A DNA stretch of 64,000 nucleotides from Proteromonas lacertae (lineage: Eukaryota): the NCBI GenBank assembly GCA_002245135.1, contig NGBS01001162.1, positions 248,001-312,000 of the forward strand. Direction: 5' to 3'. How positions within the stretch are numbered: the first letter of the stretch is position 1; the number at the start of each line of letters is the position of its first letter. The notes under the pieces are model-generated. The model saw only the letters and a program-made list of their open reading frames with translations. It was not told the origin of the DNA and made no database searches. Of this stretch, positions 14,519-27,181 are shown one piece after another. The position numbers were made by a program, and so were the translations under genes.

Positions 14519-14922
14519 ATAATCACACAATTTATCAAGCCATGTAATCAATGTATCATACCTTTTCCATCTAACTAAGAACTCTTTTAAGTAATCTGTT
14601 GGATTTATGCTCTTTGAGGCTAATCCTGGTATTATTCTTTCCTTACAATATTTTGTACAAGTCTAGTAGTGAATATAAATGCGCTAATACTTCTTGAACC
14701 TTTTCATATATGTATTTCACGTTTTCTTCTTCTTTAGCATTTTCACAACATAGAGTATAAACCTTTCTATTTTAATAAACGACTATGGTTATTATACGTA
14801 TATAAATCAGCATGAGTTTTTCTAGTAACATAATTCTTGTGTTCTGAGTCTAGACTTCTTATAGCTGGATTAATTCCCTGTGTCATCACAGATTCCCATA
14901 CTTTATAAATAGTTTCAGACAT
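12388..14922 (-). CDS. Cullin (Cul1-like)
   Basis: DKDIF..YRTHLSRRLL, KLEGMLND, LTQAYWP, neddylation domain IEAAIVRIMKSRR..IENLIDREYIERD; 5' exons spliced manually. Confidence 0.95.
13871..14515. repeat. (TA)n microsatellites inside cullin introns
   Basis: Runs at about 13871-13902, 14254-14291 and 14483-14514; similar intronic (TA)n at about 22108-22140 and 23014-23041, several extending directly from the GTATA donor. Confidence 0.9.
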
Positions 14923-15063
14923 TACGAAGAATAAAAAAAGGGATTTTTCTTCGTCTAATACAATACAACATAATACAGTGTATTATTTTATTAATCTGAA
15001 ATTTTAGCAAGATATAGATATTATACTGTTAATCATATTCTTATCATTTTACAAATTGATTAA

Positions 15064-15645
15064 TTGAAGAAATTATATCCAAATATAGCAGATAATATAG
15101 AAACTTTTATCAATACACCAGTTATATATGATCAAAAGAAACATAAATTATCTAAATCCTTCATAGAAATTAGTTACAATAGTGATGTAGTATGTAATGA
15201 TCATTGGTATTTAGAATGCTTATTTAGAATATTATTAACAAAGAGAGTTAATACTCCGTTGTTGATAGTTGGATCAAATCCTTTCAAACTAAAATTACTT
15301 CAGGATTTATGTCCAAATAACAAAGTAATTGATATATCAAGATCATATGATTCTTCTCATTTATTTGGTAGTACTGTTGTTGGTAATACATCTGAATTAT
15401 TAACATCTATTAATCAAATATCAGCATCCAATGTTTCACCCCAATTCAACAGTTGGAAGAAGGAATGGTTGAATGAAAGTAAAAATGGCAATACTCATAT
15501 CTTCTTCAAACCAGGTTTGTTATTATCAGCATATTTATGTGAAGAAGATATAATAATGAATCACTTGGATTTGTTAAATGAAGCAATGTTACCTAGAATG
15601 CATGGCTTTTTAGATATTTATAGTAATAATACAATGCAAATGTAA
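15064..15645 (+). pseudogene. Isolated degenerate AAA+ module (midasin/dynein-related-like fragment)
   Basis: PLLIVGSNPFK, DSSHLFGS, FFKPGLLLSAYL..DIIMNHLDLL..MLPRMHGFLD; Walker A/B degenerate; no upstream ATG found. Confidence 0.5.
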
Positions 15646-15672
15646 ATTCAACATAATAATATAATATTTTAA

Positions 15673-18600
15673 TTATTCATCATTCTCTTTTTTCTCTCTC
15701 ACTATATCTTTAATTTCATCTTGAATACTCTTATCTTCTTCTTTTTCTATTCTTTCAATTGGTATAAATTTTGAAATATCTGGTATATTATCTTCAGGTG
15801 TATCAATATCATTTAGTTGATGAATATATTCATTCCATCTAAAAGCATAATCTTTAGATTTCAATCTCTTTTCAATTGTAGTAATATAATCAACCAATCC
15901 CTGATTATTAAATTTGAAATTATCTATTCTTTGTTGTAACTCATCTAAAAATGTATTTATTTCTATTTTCATTTGAAGTAGTTTTACTGTTGATGGAATC
16001 ATTTTATCAATAGTAACATTGCTAAGATATTGTATTGAATTAGATAAATAACCACTTATCACATCATATCTATCTTTTATAGCTTTTGGTAGTTTTACTT
16101 CTTCATCTTTAGATTCTTCTACTGCTTCTATTGTGGAATTATCAATTACATCTTTATGATAATCTGTTGATTTCCATTTTAATTTTCTAAGTGAATAAGG
16201 TAAATCATAATGTCTATCAAAAAGATTGATTCTTTTCATCTCATCATATCCTTCAATATATAATTCTTGTCTTGCTATTTTATTATATTCAATAATTCTA
16301 TCATATAATTTTAATAAACTGCCCACCATTTTAAATTTAAAAGAGAAGATAGAAACTGTATTTGCATATGAAATATTGTCTTTATCAAATGGATCTATAC
16401 TAATATCTATATCATTGTGAATAAAAAGATCAGAAAATTGATTAAACATGATTAAAAATGGATTAGATGGTTGATATGTTACAAATTTTCCTCTTATATC
16501 AATTGAACAGAATCTCAATTGATTAACTATTTTCCATGGATTACAATATTGTAAATTATATAACAGAGAATGAAGTTCACCCAACTAAATATTAAAATTT
16601 GATAATATATAAATATATATACTGGAAATATTTTATTTAATAATGATTGATAAACATGAATACCAAAGGCAGTCAAAAATACATTATTTCCATTATAACA
16701 TCTATTTCATTATATAAATATTATATACTCCAATATTCTATTTTCTATTTCTGATTCATCCACATCACGATTTAATAAACTAAATAACAAGTAATACGCT
16801 GTATCTGTATTTCTATCCATGTCTTCTTCATTTTCTAAGTATAATGAATATGCTCTACTATTATATCCTGAATTTGGTTCTTTATTATTTTTCTATAACA
16901 AAATATCTAATTCATAAATACTAAAAGTAGTCTCATTGAAGCCATTAATTTAGTTTTACTGTCAAATATATTACTATTGATTATTTTATCTTCTAATTCA
17001 TATTTTAAGCATTGGTGCAAAGCTAATTCACTTGCATTTCTTTCAATCAATTTATCTATTCCCTATTTAAGTAAATTATTTTAAATATACTATTTCAATC
17101 TTTCCATTATCTTCAAATACCTTGAAAAGTTGTTCATCTGTAAAGATTTGTAATTGATCATCTCTTAATGTATTTACTATATCATCATTTAATCCATATA
17201 ACATTGAATATTTTCTAAATGTTCGATCATCACATTTCAATAAATAATCTTGTAACTCATTTGTATCTTTCATTGATAATAACTATTAAATCATAATACA
17301 TATTATATATACATGAGCTGATTCTACATATAATTCATTCTTTTCGCTAATTTCAAACAAAACATCATCATATTTCTTTACTTTCGGCATTAATTTGGAT
17401 ATTTTTTCTTTCTTCTGTAATATATCATACATTAATATTGATTCTTCTATTGTTTCACTTTTCTCTAAACAATCACTCAACTATTCATTATATTGTTGAT
17501 ATATAATTATTATACTAAATATGGATCTTTTATATTGGCAAAATGTCTTCCTGCTTCAATATACATTTTCTTATTATTCTTACTTTCTTTTGCATTGATA
17601 TATTGTTTTAGACCTAAACATAATTCACTCATTTCTTGGTTTCTACCATTTCTAAAACATTTCTCTGCTTCATCATATTCACTTCTTTGTAATAAATTTA
17701 AACCTTGTCTTTGCCATTCTCGACTAATATCATCTAACGAACCAGCATCTGCAATTATTACTAAGTCTTCTATATCTATCATTCCTTTGGATGTAAAATA
17801 TTTCATTAAGGGATTTAAATTCTTTTTCTCTTCAAAGAAATATAAAGTAGATCTTGCTCTAGTTATGGCAGTATAGAATTCTTTCAATTCGTTTATTAAT
17901 ACTATATGAATCTTTTCATCAAAATTAGATGGCTTAATTTTCAGTATTTCATTTTCTTCATCTATCATTTTGCTTATTATACTCCATTCTTTATCATATT
18001 CAGAATCACTAAAGAAATTATATAATATCACACTGTCAAATTCTAATCCTTTACATTGACTAATTGTCATTATTAAATTGGATTTTAAATCTGAAGGAAT
18101 TCTTTCACGACTTTCATTATTTCGAATTAACAAAACTCGATTTGCTCCAAAGGAACTAACTATCATATTATCTTTTCGATTGTTGTATTGAAATGAGGAT
18201 AATAGTTTTGTTTTGTCATGTTGATTGATGTAAATAGGATTTGGACCATTGAATAGTCCTTTATCTCCTTCTAGTTTATCAATACTATCAGGAAATAAAT
18301 ATTGTAAGATTTTCAATGTATCAGCGGCTAATTTCAGTATATTATTGTGAGATCGATAGTTGTAAGATAGTTGATTAATTGTTGGAGTAATGATTTTCAT
18401 AAAAGAATCATTATTGTGATATTTTAATTCACCTTTACTAAAACAATAAAATAAGCTTCGAATATCTTCAAATCTAAAGCCAATTCCTTTGGATATTGTT
18501 TGAGCTGTATCTCCACTTAAAAATAAATTGTTAGCATCTTTTATTAAATTCATTATTAAGGCTATTTCACTTTGAGTTAAATCTTGAACTTCATCTACAT

Positions 18601-21600
18601 AGATTTCATCAAATTTCATAAATTCTTCATCATTCTCTATTCTATTCGCTAAATTAAATATCACATCCATTTCATCATATAATCTATTCAGTTTCTTGTA
18701 ATATTCATATTTCTTGAATAATTCATATATCTCTTTTCTTTGTTCTTCATCACATAGACTTCTCTTTCGACCAAATTTCAAGTATTCTTCTTCATTTATA
18801 TAACCATTTTCATTGTTTAACGATTCTACTGATCCTTTTATATATGATTTGATTTCTTGCCATAATAAACTACTACTTATCTTATTCTCACTATGAATTT
18901 CTTTATAGATCTCATTTTTGAATATTTCAAATGTTACTTCTCTTCGAAATGACTTTTCGTTTCTATCCTTTAAATCTTCATCATCTTCATTCATTTCTTC
19001 TAATAATTCAATACCTTTCTTATCTTCTTTCAAAAACTATTTAATATATCAATAATATAAATATACAGCTTTTGATTCGGATATTGAAAAGAATTGTTCA
19101 CCTTTCAAAGAATTATCTAATAAGATTAGTAAACTTCGAATAGTTTCGAATATTGGATACATTTCATCAGAAAAATCTTTTAGTTGATTTATATCTTTCA
19201 TGGATGGAGTTGGATGATTTGTTCCTTTCTTCATTGCATTAAACATCTTATTCACATCTTTCATCAAACCATTACTTCTAGTTATAAATAATTGTTTATA
19301 ATCTTTAGAATTAAATATATAACTATTCCACATTCTATATACACAACATGTTGTTTTACCTGTTCCACTTCTACCAATCAAAATCATTGATTCTTTTGGA
19401 TTTGGATTTAAATGAATAAAATGATGTTCTAATTCTGATATTCGGAAATTGAATTTTAAAGCATTTTTTCTCTATTTACAATTATTTAAAACTATTATAT
19501 ATACTTCATTATTTATTAATGTATTAAACATTTCATCATTTAATGTGAAAAATTTCATGAGAGATAATTGACCATTACTTGTATCAGCTGGAATTATCAC
19601 TTTACATTTCTTACTACTTTCTACACTCTTTTTACTTTCTGAATAACAATCTATTTAAATATAACTATTTATAAAATACAAGGAATATTTGAATCATCTT
19701 TCTTTTTATTATAAGGTATTTCTGCTTGATGATAAGAACTGTTAATTGCTGCTTCATAATTCTCTTTTATAAAATTTATCTCTTTTTCGATTTCTTTTTC
19801 TTCTTCAACAATATTCCAAATACAGATTATTTCAGAATAAAATGTATCATTCTCATTTGATAATCTTTCAGAAAATCCCATTTTTATTTCCCATATTAAG
19901 TAAAAATTTTCTAATATCTTATTGTAATAAATTTCAATTGTTGTTTTTGAATCAGATAATACTATTTCTCTTTTTATACTTTCCTTCCACTCACAGTTTC
20001 CCTATTCAATTATAGTATTGATATGAATATACAATTTCACACACCTTATTCAATATAAATAGAATTAAAGGAACTAATTTTACTTGAACTAAAGCTTTTA
20101 CAAATTTTGAAGACATAATTATTTCCCAATTCAATTTACTTGGTAATTTATCATTATTAATAACAGGATGTGGATATAAATCTTCTTCTTTAATAACATC
20201 TCTATATCAAATGTATAAATGTTTAAAGAATATACAAGTTACTAATACTTTCTGAACATTTTATTGATATTGAATTTATTCTCTCTTTCAAATCCAAATA
20301 TTCTATATTATCAATAAAATAACAATATTATACTCTCATTAATGTTGTTTCTGAAATATTTAATGAAATCAATTATCTCTTTTGGTATATCATTAATTTG
20401 TTGAATTTCATTTGGTTTTTGTTTCTTTGCTAATTTTGACTGTTCATTTGACTTTGATGATATTTTTTGTTTAGTTTTCTTCAAACTACTCACATTTGTT
20501 GATCTTAATATTTGAATTGTTCTTTCATTTACTCTGTTTGACTTTGCATATTTAATAGCATTTGAGCCTTTTATTTCTCTTTTCAAATCTACATTTTTTT
20601 CTCTCAGATATATCAATATATCTTCATTTTGTGTTTTTATTGCAACTCTAACTGGATTTAATAATTCATTCAAGGAGAACTATATAATGTTATAATTAAT
20701 ATTATAAATACATTTATATCTAATCCACTATTTACAGCTAGTTTTAATGAATTAAGATCATTGTGTTTGATTAATGTGGATAATATAATTGATAGATTTC
20801 TATAATTTTCAGATTTTATATTCTCTTTACAAATATCTGGAATAGCTTTAAAATTGATTAGAAATTTACATATTTCATAATGATATGTTAATTTTTGATA
20901 TTTATTTGGATTTAATGAATCAATTATCTTGTATAACATGTTTTTACTCAAACCTAACTTCATTTCATCATCCAATAATTCGATTTTTTCTCTGTAATAA
21001 GTCAAAAGTGAATTAATTTCTGTATTATCAGGTAGATCTAATAAGCAATTATCTTTAAAGAAAATAATTGAAGAAATGTGATTTGGATTTTCATCATAGT
21101 ATTGTTGAAATAATACTGTGATTTCTTTTAAACTCTTTTCGATTATTTCTTTCGAACTAAATAAATATTTTAACAACACTTCTATATTATTACCATGAAT
21201 ATTGAATCTTTCTTTCACATCTAAAATATTGTTCTCTGTTGTATATATAGCTAAAAATGATGAAAATTTCTCTGATTCTATTTGAGACAACTTATATCCT
21301 TTCTATTAATAATTTATATACAAACATTTATATACCTTCATTCTTTCAATTATCTTATTCCATTCTATGTTTGTCCATAAATCATCATTCAATTTTTCAT
21401 ATTTCTAAATATTGAATAATTATTATTATATATATATACTTTCATTTCCATATATTCTTTGACATCTTCATTTGAAAATAATGATAAAAACATTATATTC
21501 GTATAATGAACTTGAATCTTAACTTCTTCCTTCACTATATTATAACATATTCTTTGAGAAGAATCTCTCTCCATCTCGACAAATAGTAAATCAATTGGCA

Positions 21601-22104
21601 TATAATTCTTTCCATCAGTAGATAATAGAATCTTTTTTAATTCATACTTTGGATAATCTTTTACTAACCATTTTAATATGCTATATTTCCCTATTAATTA
21701 AATCAATATCATCTATACTAAATGCAAAGAGAACATGAAATAATGTTTGATTCTTATTATTTCTCATTTTAATAAAATCATATTTTGGAGGGTTTTGTTT
21801 TGATATTACATCAAACACATCATCAGATAATAATGGCAAGTAAAAATAAAAGAGTGGAGTATATTCTAATAACTTCATTGCTTCATAATACTTCTTATCA
21901 TTATTTTTCTCTTGATTAAATAACAGATTCTCCAAATTACTAAAAAAATAATAAGAACACTTAATATATATACCAATAAACATTAGGTTTTAATAAATCT
22001 CCAAAAGCATCAAATGCTTCATGTAAATAATTTATGTCTGGTGGAGTGATATAGAGAGTTATTGTTTTTCTTAAATATTTTTCCATTATATTACTATATA
22101 AAGG

Positions 22105-22143
<39 letters not shown>

Positions 22144-23009
22144 TGATGAGTTGTATTTTCCAGATAATAATTGATATATTTCTTTAATTGGGGATTTTAA
22201 TTTATCACTATTTGTTAAGATTTCATATTTATGTTCTTGTAAACATTTTACAGCTTCTTTGAATGATAAATTAATTCCTACAGCTTTCATAATAGAATCA
22301 TAATCTATTAGTTGTTCTTCTTTATATCCATTCTCTAAATTCCATTCATATACTGTTTTAAATATCTTTAAATTGTTTATTTCTTTTATCTCTTTAATTT
22401 CTACTTTTTCTTTTCTCATTTCTGCTTGATTTTCAATTCCTTCTATTTTTTCATTTTCTGTTTCTATTTTCTTGTTTTTCTTCTTGTTCTTTTTCTTTTT
22501 GTTCATCTCCTTATTATTTGTATCATTATCTCTTACTTCGTTAGTAGCAATTCTTTCAACTTCTTTTGTAGTTGATATTGTTTCTGTTGCTTCATTAGGA
22601 ATAGTAAGCTGTATATCTGGTTTCTCAATTTCAACTTTTGGAAAATCTTCTGGATATTTATCTCTCAGATTATTTATTGTATTTTCTTCCAGTTTATATT
22701 CTTTCACAAATTCGGTCAGTGTTTTACTTTCAACTTTCATTATACATCTTATATTTTGAATCAACATCTTATTCTCATAATTGTTCAGTTTCTTGTTCTT
22801 TATTATCTTCTTTAATAGTTTGTTTAAACAAATGTTCAATGATATATCTTTTGAATATACCTTATATTTCTAGATACATTATTTATAAATTATTTATTTA
22901 TATATACTTTTAGTCCTATATATTCTTCAAATGATTCTTCTTTTATTCTACTATTTATCGATTTTAAAGTTGAAATACAATCCTATTTAATATAAACATT
23001 AATATAAAC

Positions 23010-23045
<36 letters not shown>

Positions 23046-23263
23046 TGATATAGAGATTGTCGGATCAGTTATTTCATATGATACACTTTTATTATCGGTT
23101 TTCAAACTAACAAACAGTAAATCCTATTCAATTATAATTTTCATTTTTATATATACAATTGGTGTGTATCCTTTTTCATCTTTTAATATCAACATACTTC
23201 TCTTCATCTTTTCATCACAATTCTTATACATCCACTTTAAAAATTCGATATTTTCTATACTCA

Positions 23264-23302
<39 letters not shown>

Positions 23303-25081
23303 TATACTTAATGCAAATATAATATGATAGATTGTTTGTTTCTTTTCATTAACAAAGGAATTGAAATTCATATTCTTTGATAAAAATGGAATTTTGTCAA
23401 GATGAGTTGGAAATTTTGAAAAGTAGAATACTAAATTGAAATATCCTTTTGGTGTAAATACAACTTCATGTAAAAGCATATATAACATGATATTTACATT
23501 TTCACAATTGTTAATACTCTCTTCTATAGGGCTATCTTCATGAACAAGAAGTTTATATCTATTTATAATTTCTTCCACATCCATATCTCCTCTTTTAGGA
23601 TTAAAAAATATCATTAGTAATGTTCTTCTTAAAAGTATTTCTTCCACGTTTTTTATTTCAGGATAGTATGTACAACAGAACTGCATTATTTCTTTAAACG
23701 GTGATTCTAAAGCAAATGGATCTTTTTTAATTAATATATCACTATACTGAGTTAATATTGCTACAAATTGACTAAAGTCTACAGGAATTCCACATCTTTT
23801 TAGAAGTGAATTATAATCTATTAACTGATTTCTTTTAAATCCATTCAATGAATTCCATACAAATATATCAACTGGTTTTACTTCTTCAATGATATTCCGA
23901 GGTTTAGTAGTTGATAGTCTCTCATTTTCTTTTACATTTTCTATTTCTATTTTCTTGTTTTTCTTCTTGTTTTTCTTTTTGATCTTTTTCTTTTTCTTCT
24001 CCATCGTTTCTGGTTTATCATTAACAATATAATCATCTCTTATATCCCAATTCTTATTCTATTAATACAACATTTATTAATAATAAAAGATATACATTCT
24101 TCACTCTGCTTTTAAAATGGGCAATTATTGTTTCAAATGAATCAACTGACTGTATATTGGACTGATTATCATCTACACATATCAGTTTTATATATTTTGA
24201 TAAACTTCTTTGATTTAATTTCATTGAGATTTTAGAAATTGCATTTTTCTCTTCATCTGAACATTTCACTTTCTTATCAATAAATTGATATTCAATATCA
24301 TTAACTCTACAAACATTACAGAATAGTAAATCCAAAGGATATAATCCATTTTCATCTTTTAAAGTGAAAATATTCTTTTGTTCATTTACTGAATAAGAAC
24401 TCAATAACCAAAATAAGAAATCAAATCTCTCTAAAGTATATTTAATATGAATATATATGAATATATACTAAATGCAACAGCTACATGAAAAATACTTTCA
24501 TTTAAATTATTCACGATTGTTTTAAAGTCATATTCTTTTGGTGGATGAGCAACATTTCTCAATACATCTTCATCATTCATTATTGCCAAATAATAGTAAA
24601 ATGATGGAGTAAATTTCAATAATCTCAAATCATTAAACCAAGATCTGGTTTTAAAACAACTATTTTCTTTAAAGAGTTTTTCTGCATAGCTAAATAAAAT
24701 AGAATATAGTATGATACAAATATGAATCTTCTTTAAAATCTTTTATAAACTGAATCTTCTCATCAAATGACATATTTGGATAGAATATAAATCTCCTTGT
24801 AAAATAAAATATAAAATATACAATTTATCATCTTCATCTTCCAACAATAAGGAAATAAACTTACTAAATTCTCCTGGTAAGTCATTCAATAAATCAACAT
24901 CTTCTTCTTTCATATACTGTTCAAATACGTGCCAATAACATTCAACATACCTCTGAATAGTATCAAATGACATATTAGTACCAAATGCAGAAAGATAGTC
25001 ATCTACATCAAATAATCGTACCTCATCATAATCATGAAGTAAATTCCACGTATCTAAAGGGTATAATACAGATTCACTCAT
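15673..25081 (-). CDS. TRANK1-like ankyrin/TPR UvrD-family (SF1) helicase, more than 20 introns
   Basis: Junctions checked join through canonical introns; GRSGTGKT, VDEVQD, GDTAQTI, NYRSH, TISQCKGLEF, YTAITRAR; TRANK1-type WEI..GNCEW..LIWEI..YSEIICIWNIV segment; TPR-like helices after the helicase. Confidence 0.9.
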
Positions 25082-25758
25082 TCTTTTTAGGAATATGACA
25101 CAAAATCTTCAGTATCAAAACTAAAACAGTTTATATACCATCATATACATTCCAATAAAAATATAGGTGGGTTTAGTGTTTATGAAACTTAGTAATATCA
25201 ACCTTTAATAGAAAGATTCTCACTTTCACACTGTATGACCGTTTTCACAACGAATGTCCTTCTCAACTAACGATACTAAAAATAGTATTTTTATATATTC
25301 TAACTAAAAAATGTTATTATTATCGATACATGCTATTTACAATATATAGATTTAAGTAATTACTAATATTCGTAATGATAAACAACTATTTGCCATTAAC
25401 ACTTTGGATACTGTAAATATATATCAACTTTACAGTAAATCATTACTTTATACCGATTTCATTTGTATTTGTGTAATTTCTAAAGCATTAACTATATGAT
25501 AACACAATTGGAATAATGATCATAACAAATGATTATTAAATCATACCATACTAAAATTAATAATTGAGTTTCAATACATTTTTATAAATTTTATTATATA
25601 CATAAAAACTCTTTAATGTACTCTATATACTAACATATTATACATAACTAAACTTGTTTTCTAGAAATGATCAATATTCAATTAAATACATAACAAATAC
25701 AATAATACATATTAATACAATGTATTTTCAAATTTAAATTTAAACTTTAAACTCAAAT

Positions 25759-27165
25759 ATGAAAGAATCAGAGAATAAAATGATAGATGAAAAAGTCAAT
25801 AGATTAATGAAAGACATAAAAGATTTTGAAAATGATCTACCTGCCTCTCCTGAAACTCTGTTAGTATAAATCACTTAATAACTATTGAAATATAGTCTAT
25901 ATCTGATATTCGAAAATATACAACTGAATGGTGTTTAGTTGAAGCAAAAGTATTGAATTTATTAAACTAATTATGATTAGTATAAATCCCTTATAAATTG
26001 TATATCACAAAATGCTCCATGGAAAATAATAGAAAAAGAAAAATTAGAAAATATGAAATTATTATGTGATAAAATAAGAAGTGTATTAATTATGTAATTA
26101 TACATAGAAAATTGATGTATTAAGTAGAACTCTTTCCATAAATATAAGTGAAAATCCTGAATTATACTGTTCTACTATTCCACCTCCCTATCCAGAGATA
26201 TTTCCTCAAGAAGAAAAAGAAAAAATGAAAGAGTTGTTTCAATCAATAAAAACCAAAATTATTAATAATAATAATAATATAACTGAAGAAAGACTAAAAG
26301 AAATCAAAGAATATAGAGATAATAATCAATATATAATAGACAAATATAACCATGATTATCCTATGAAAGTGTCATCTCAATCAGTTCAAGAAGCTGTTGA
26401 TTATGAAATTAATTCATATATAATGGATAAACAATTTAGAATTCATAAATTGAATAATCGTACTGATTTACCTAGTGATATGTATATATATATATATATA
26501 TTATTTATTATTTTAGACCTCCACTATGTAAATATGATGAATTAAAATTTGATCGATTTTCAATTCCACTTGAGCTATGTCCTGTTATTCATAGTAAAGT
26601 TCCTCCTCAACCAAAAGATATAAAAACAATTGGAGAAAGTATAGATATTAGAACACATTTAAAACCTGATTGTCAAATGAAGAAATATAAAAATAATTAT
26701 GATAAATTAGGTAATTTAATATGGAAAGATCCACAAAGAGATATTCCTAAACCCATTTCACATATATTCCCATCAACTTCATTTTCATTAAATGCGAATA
26801 GCAAAGTATATTCCAGTGAAAATGAAAGAAAATTGAAAGAATCTGATCAATATTTTAAACCACAAAAGTCATATTATCCTTGGAATAGTTTTTATAGAAA
26901 AAGACATAGTAAATATGTTAATCCGAAGGATGCTAAACTTCAACAAGATATTTTGAGATATTCCTTACAAGAAAGTGACATGCATAGAAGATGGGGTAAT
27001 GGATTTTTGAAAAGATATCCAATTACTCAACCGATGGGTAGATTTGATGAAAATGTACATATTCCTGTTCCATATGATGAAAATGCAAAGTTTTTCTTTG
27101 TATCCATCACTTTAAGCTTTATTTATAATTTGAATTTTTGTAAATATAAAATGAACAAATCATAA
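25759..27165 (+). CDS. Hypothetical multi-exon protein
   Basis: ATG 25759 and four canonical introns link the ORFs; no recognisable domain; the true stop may be TAA near 27113-27115 if the T-run at 27091-27095 has one extra base. Confidence 0.6.
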
Positions 27166-27181
27166 GCTTGAATCTTTAAAA

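Noticed and set aside
24330..24345. ATATCCTTT on the minus strand as a second U12 donor
   Set aside because: It lies in the coding motif GLYPLDLLF, which recurs in all three modules, and the frame is open.
27085..27165. Gene needing a polyadenylation-created stop codon
   Set aside because: One extra T in a homopolymer gives KFSLYPSL*, and a genomic TAA also exists at 27165.
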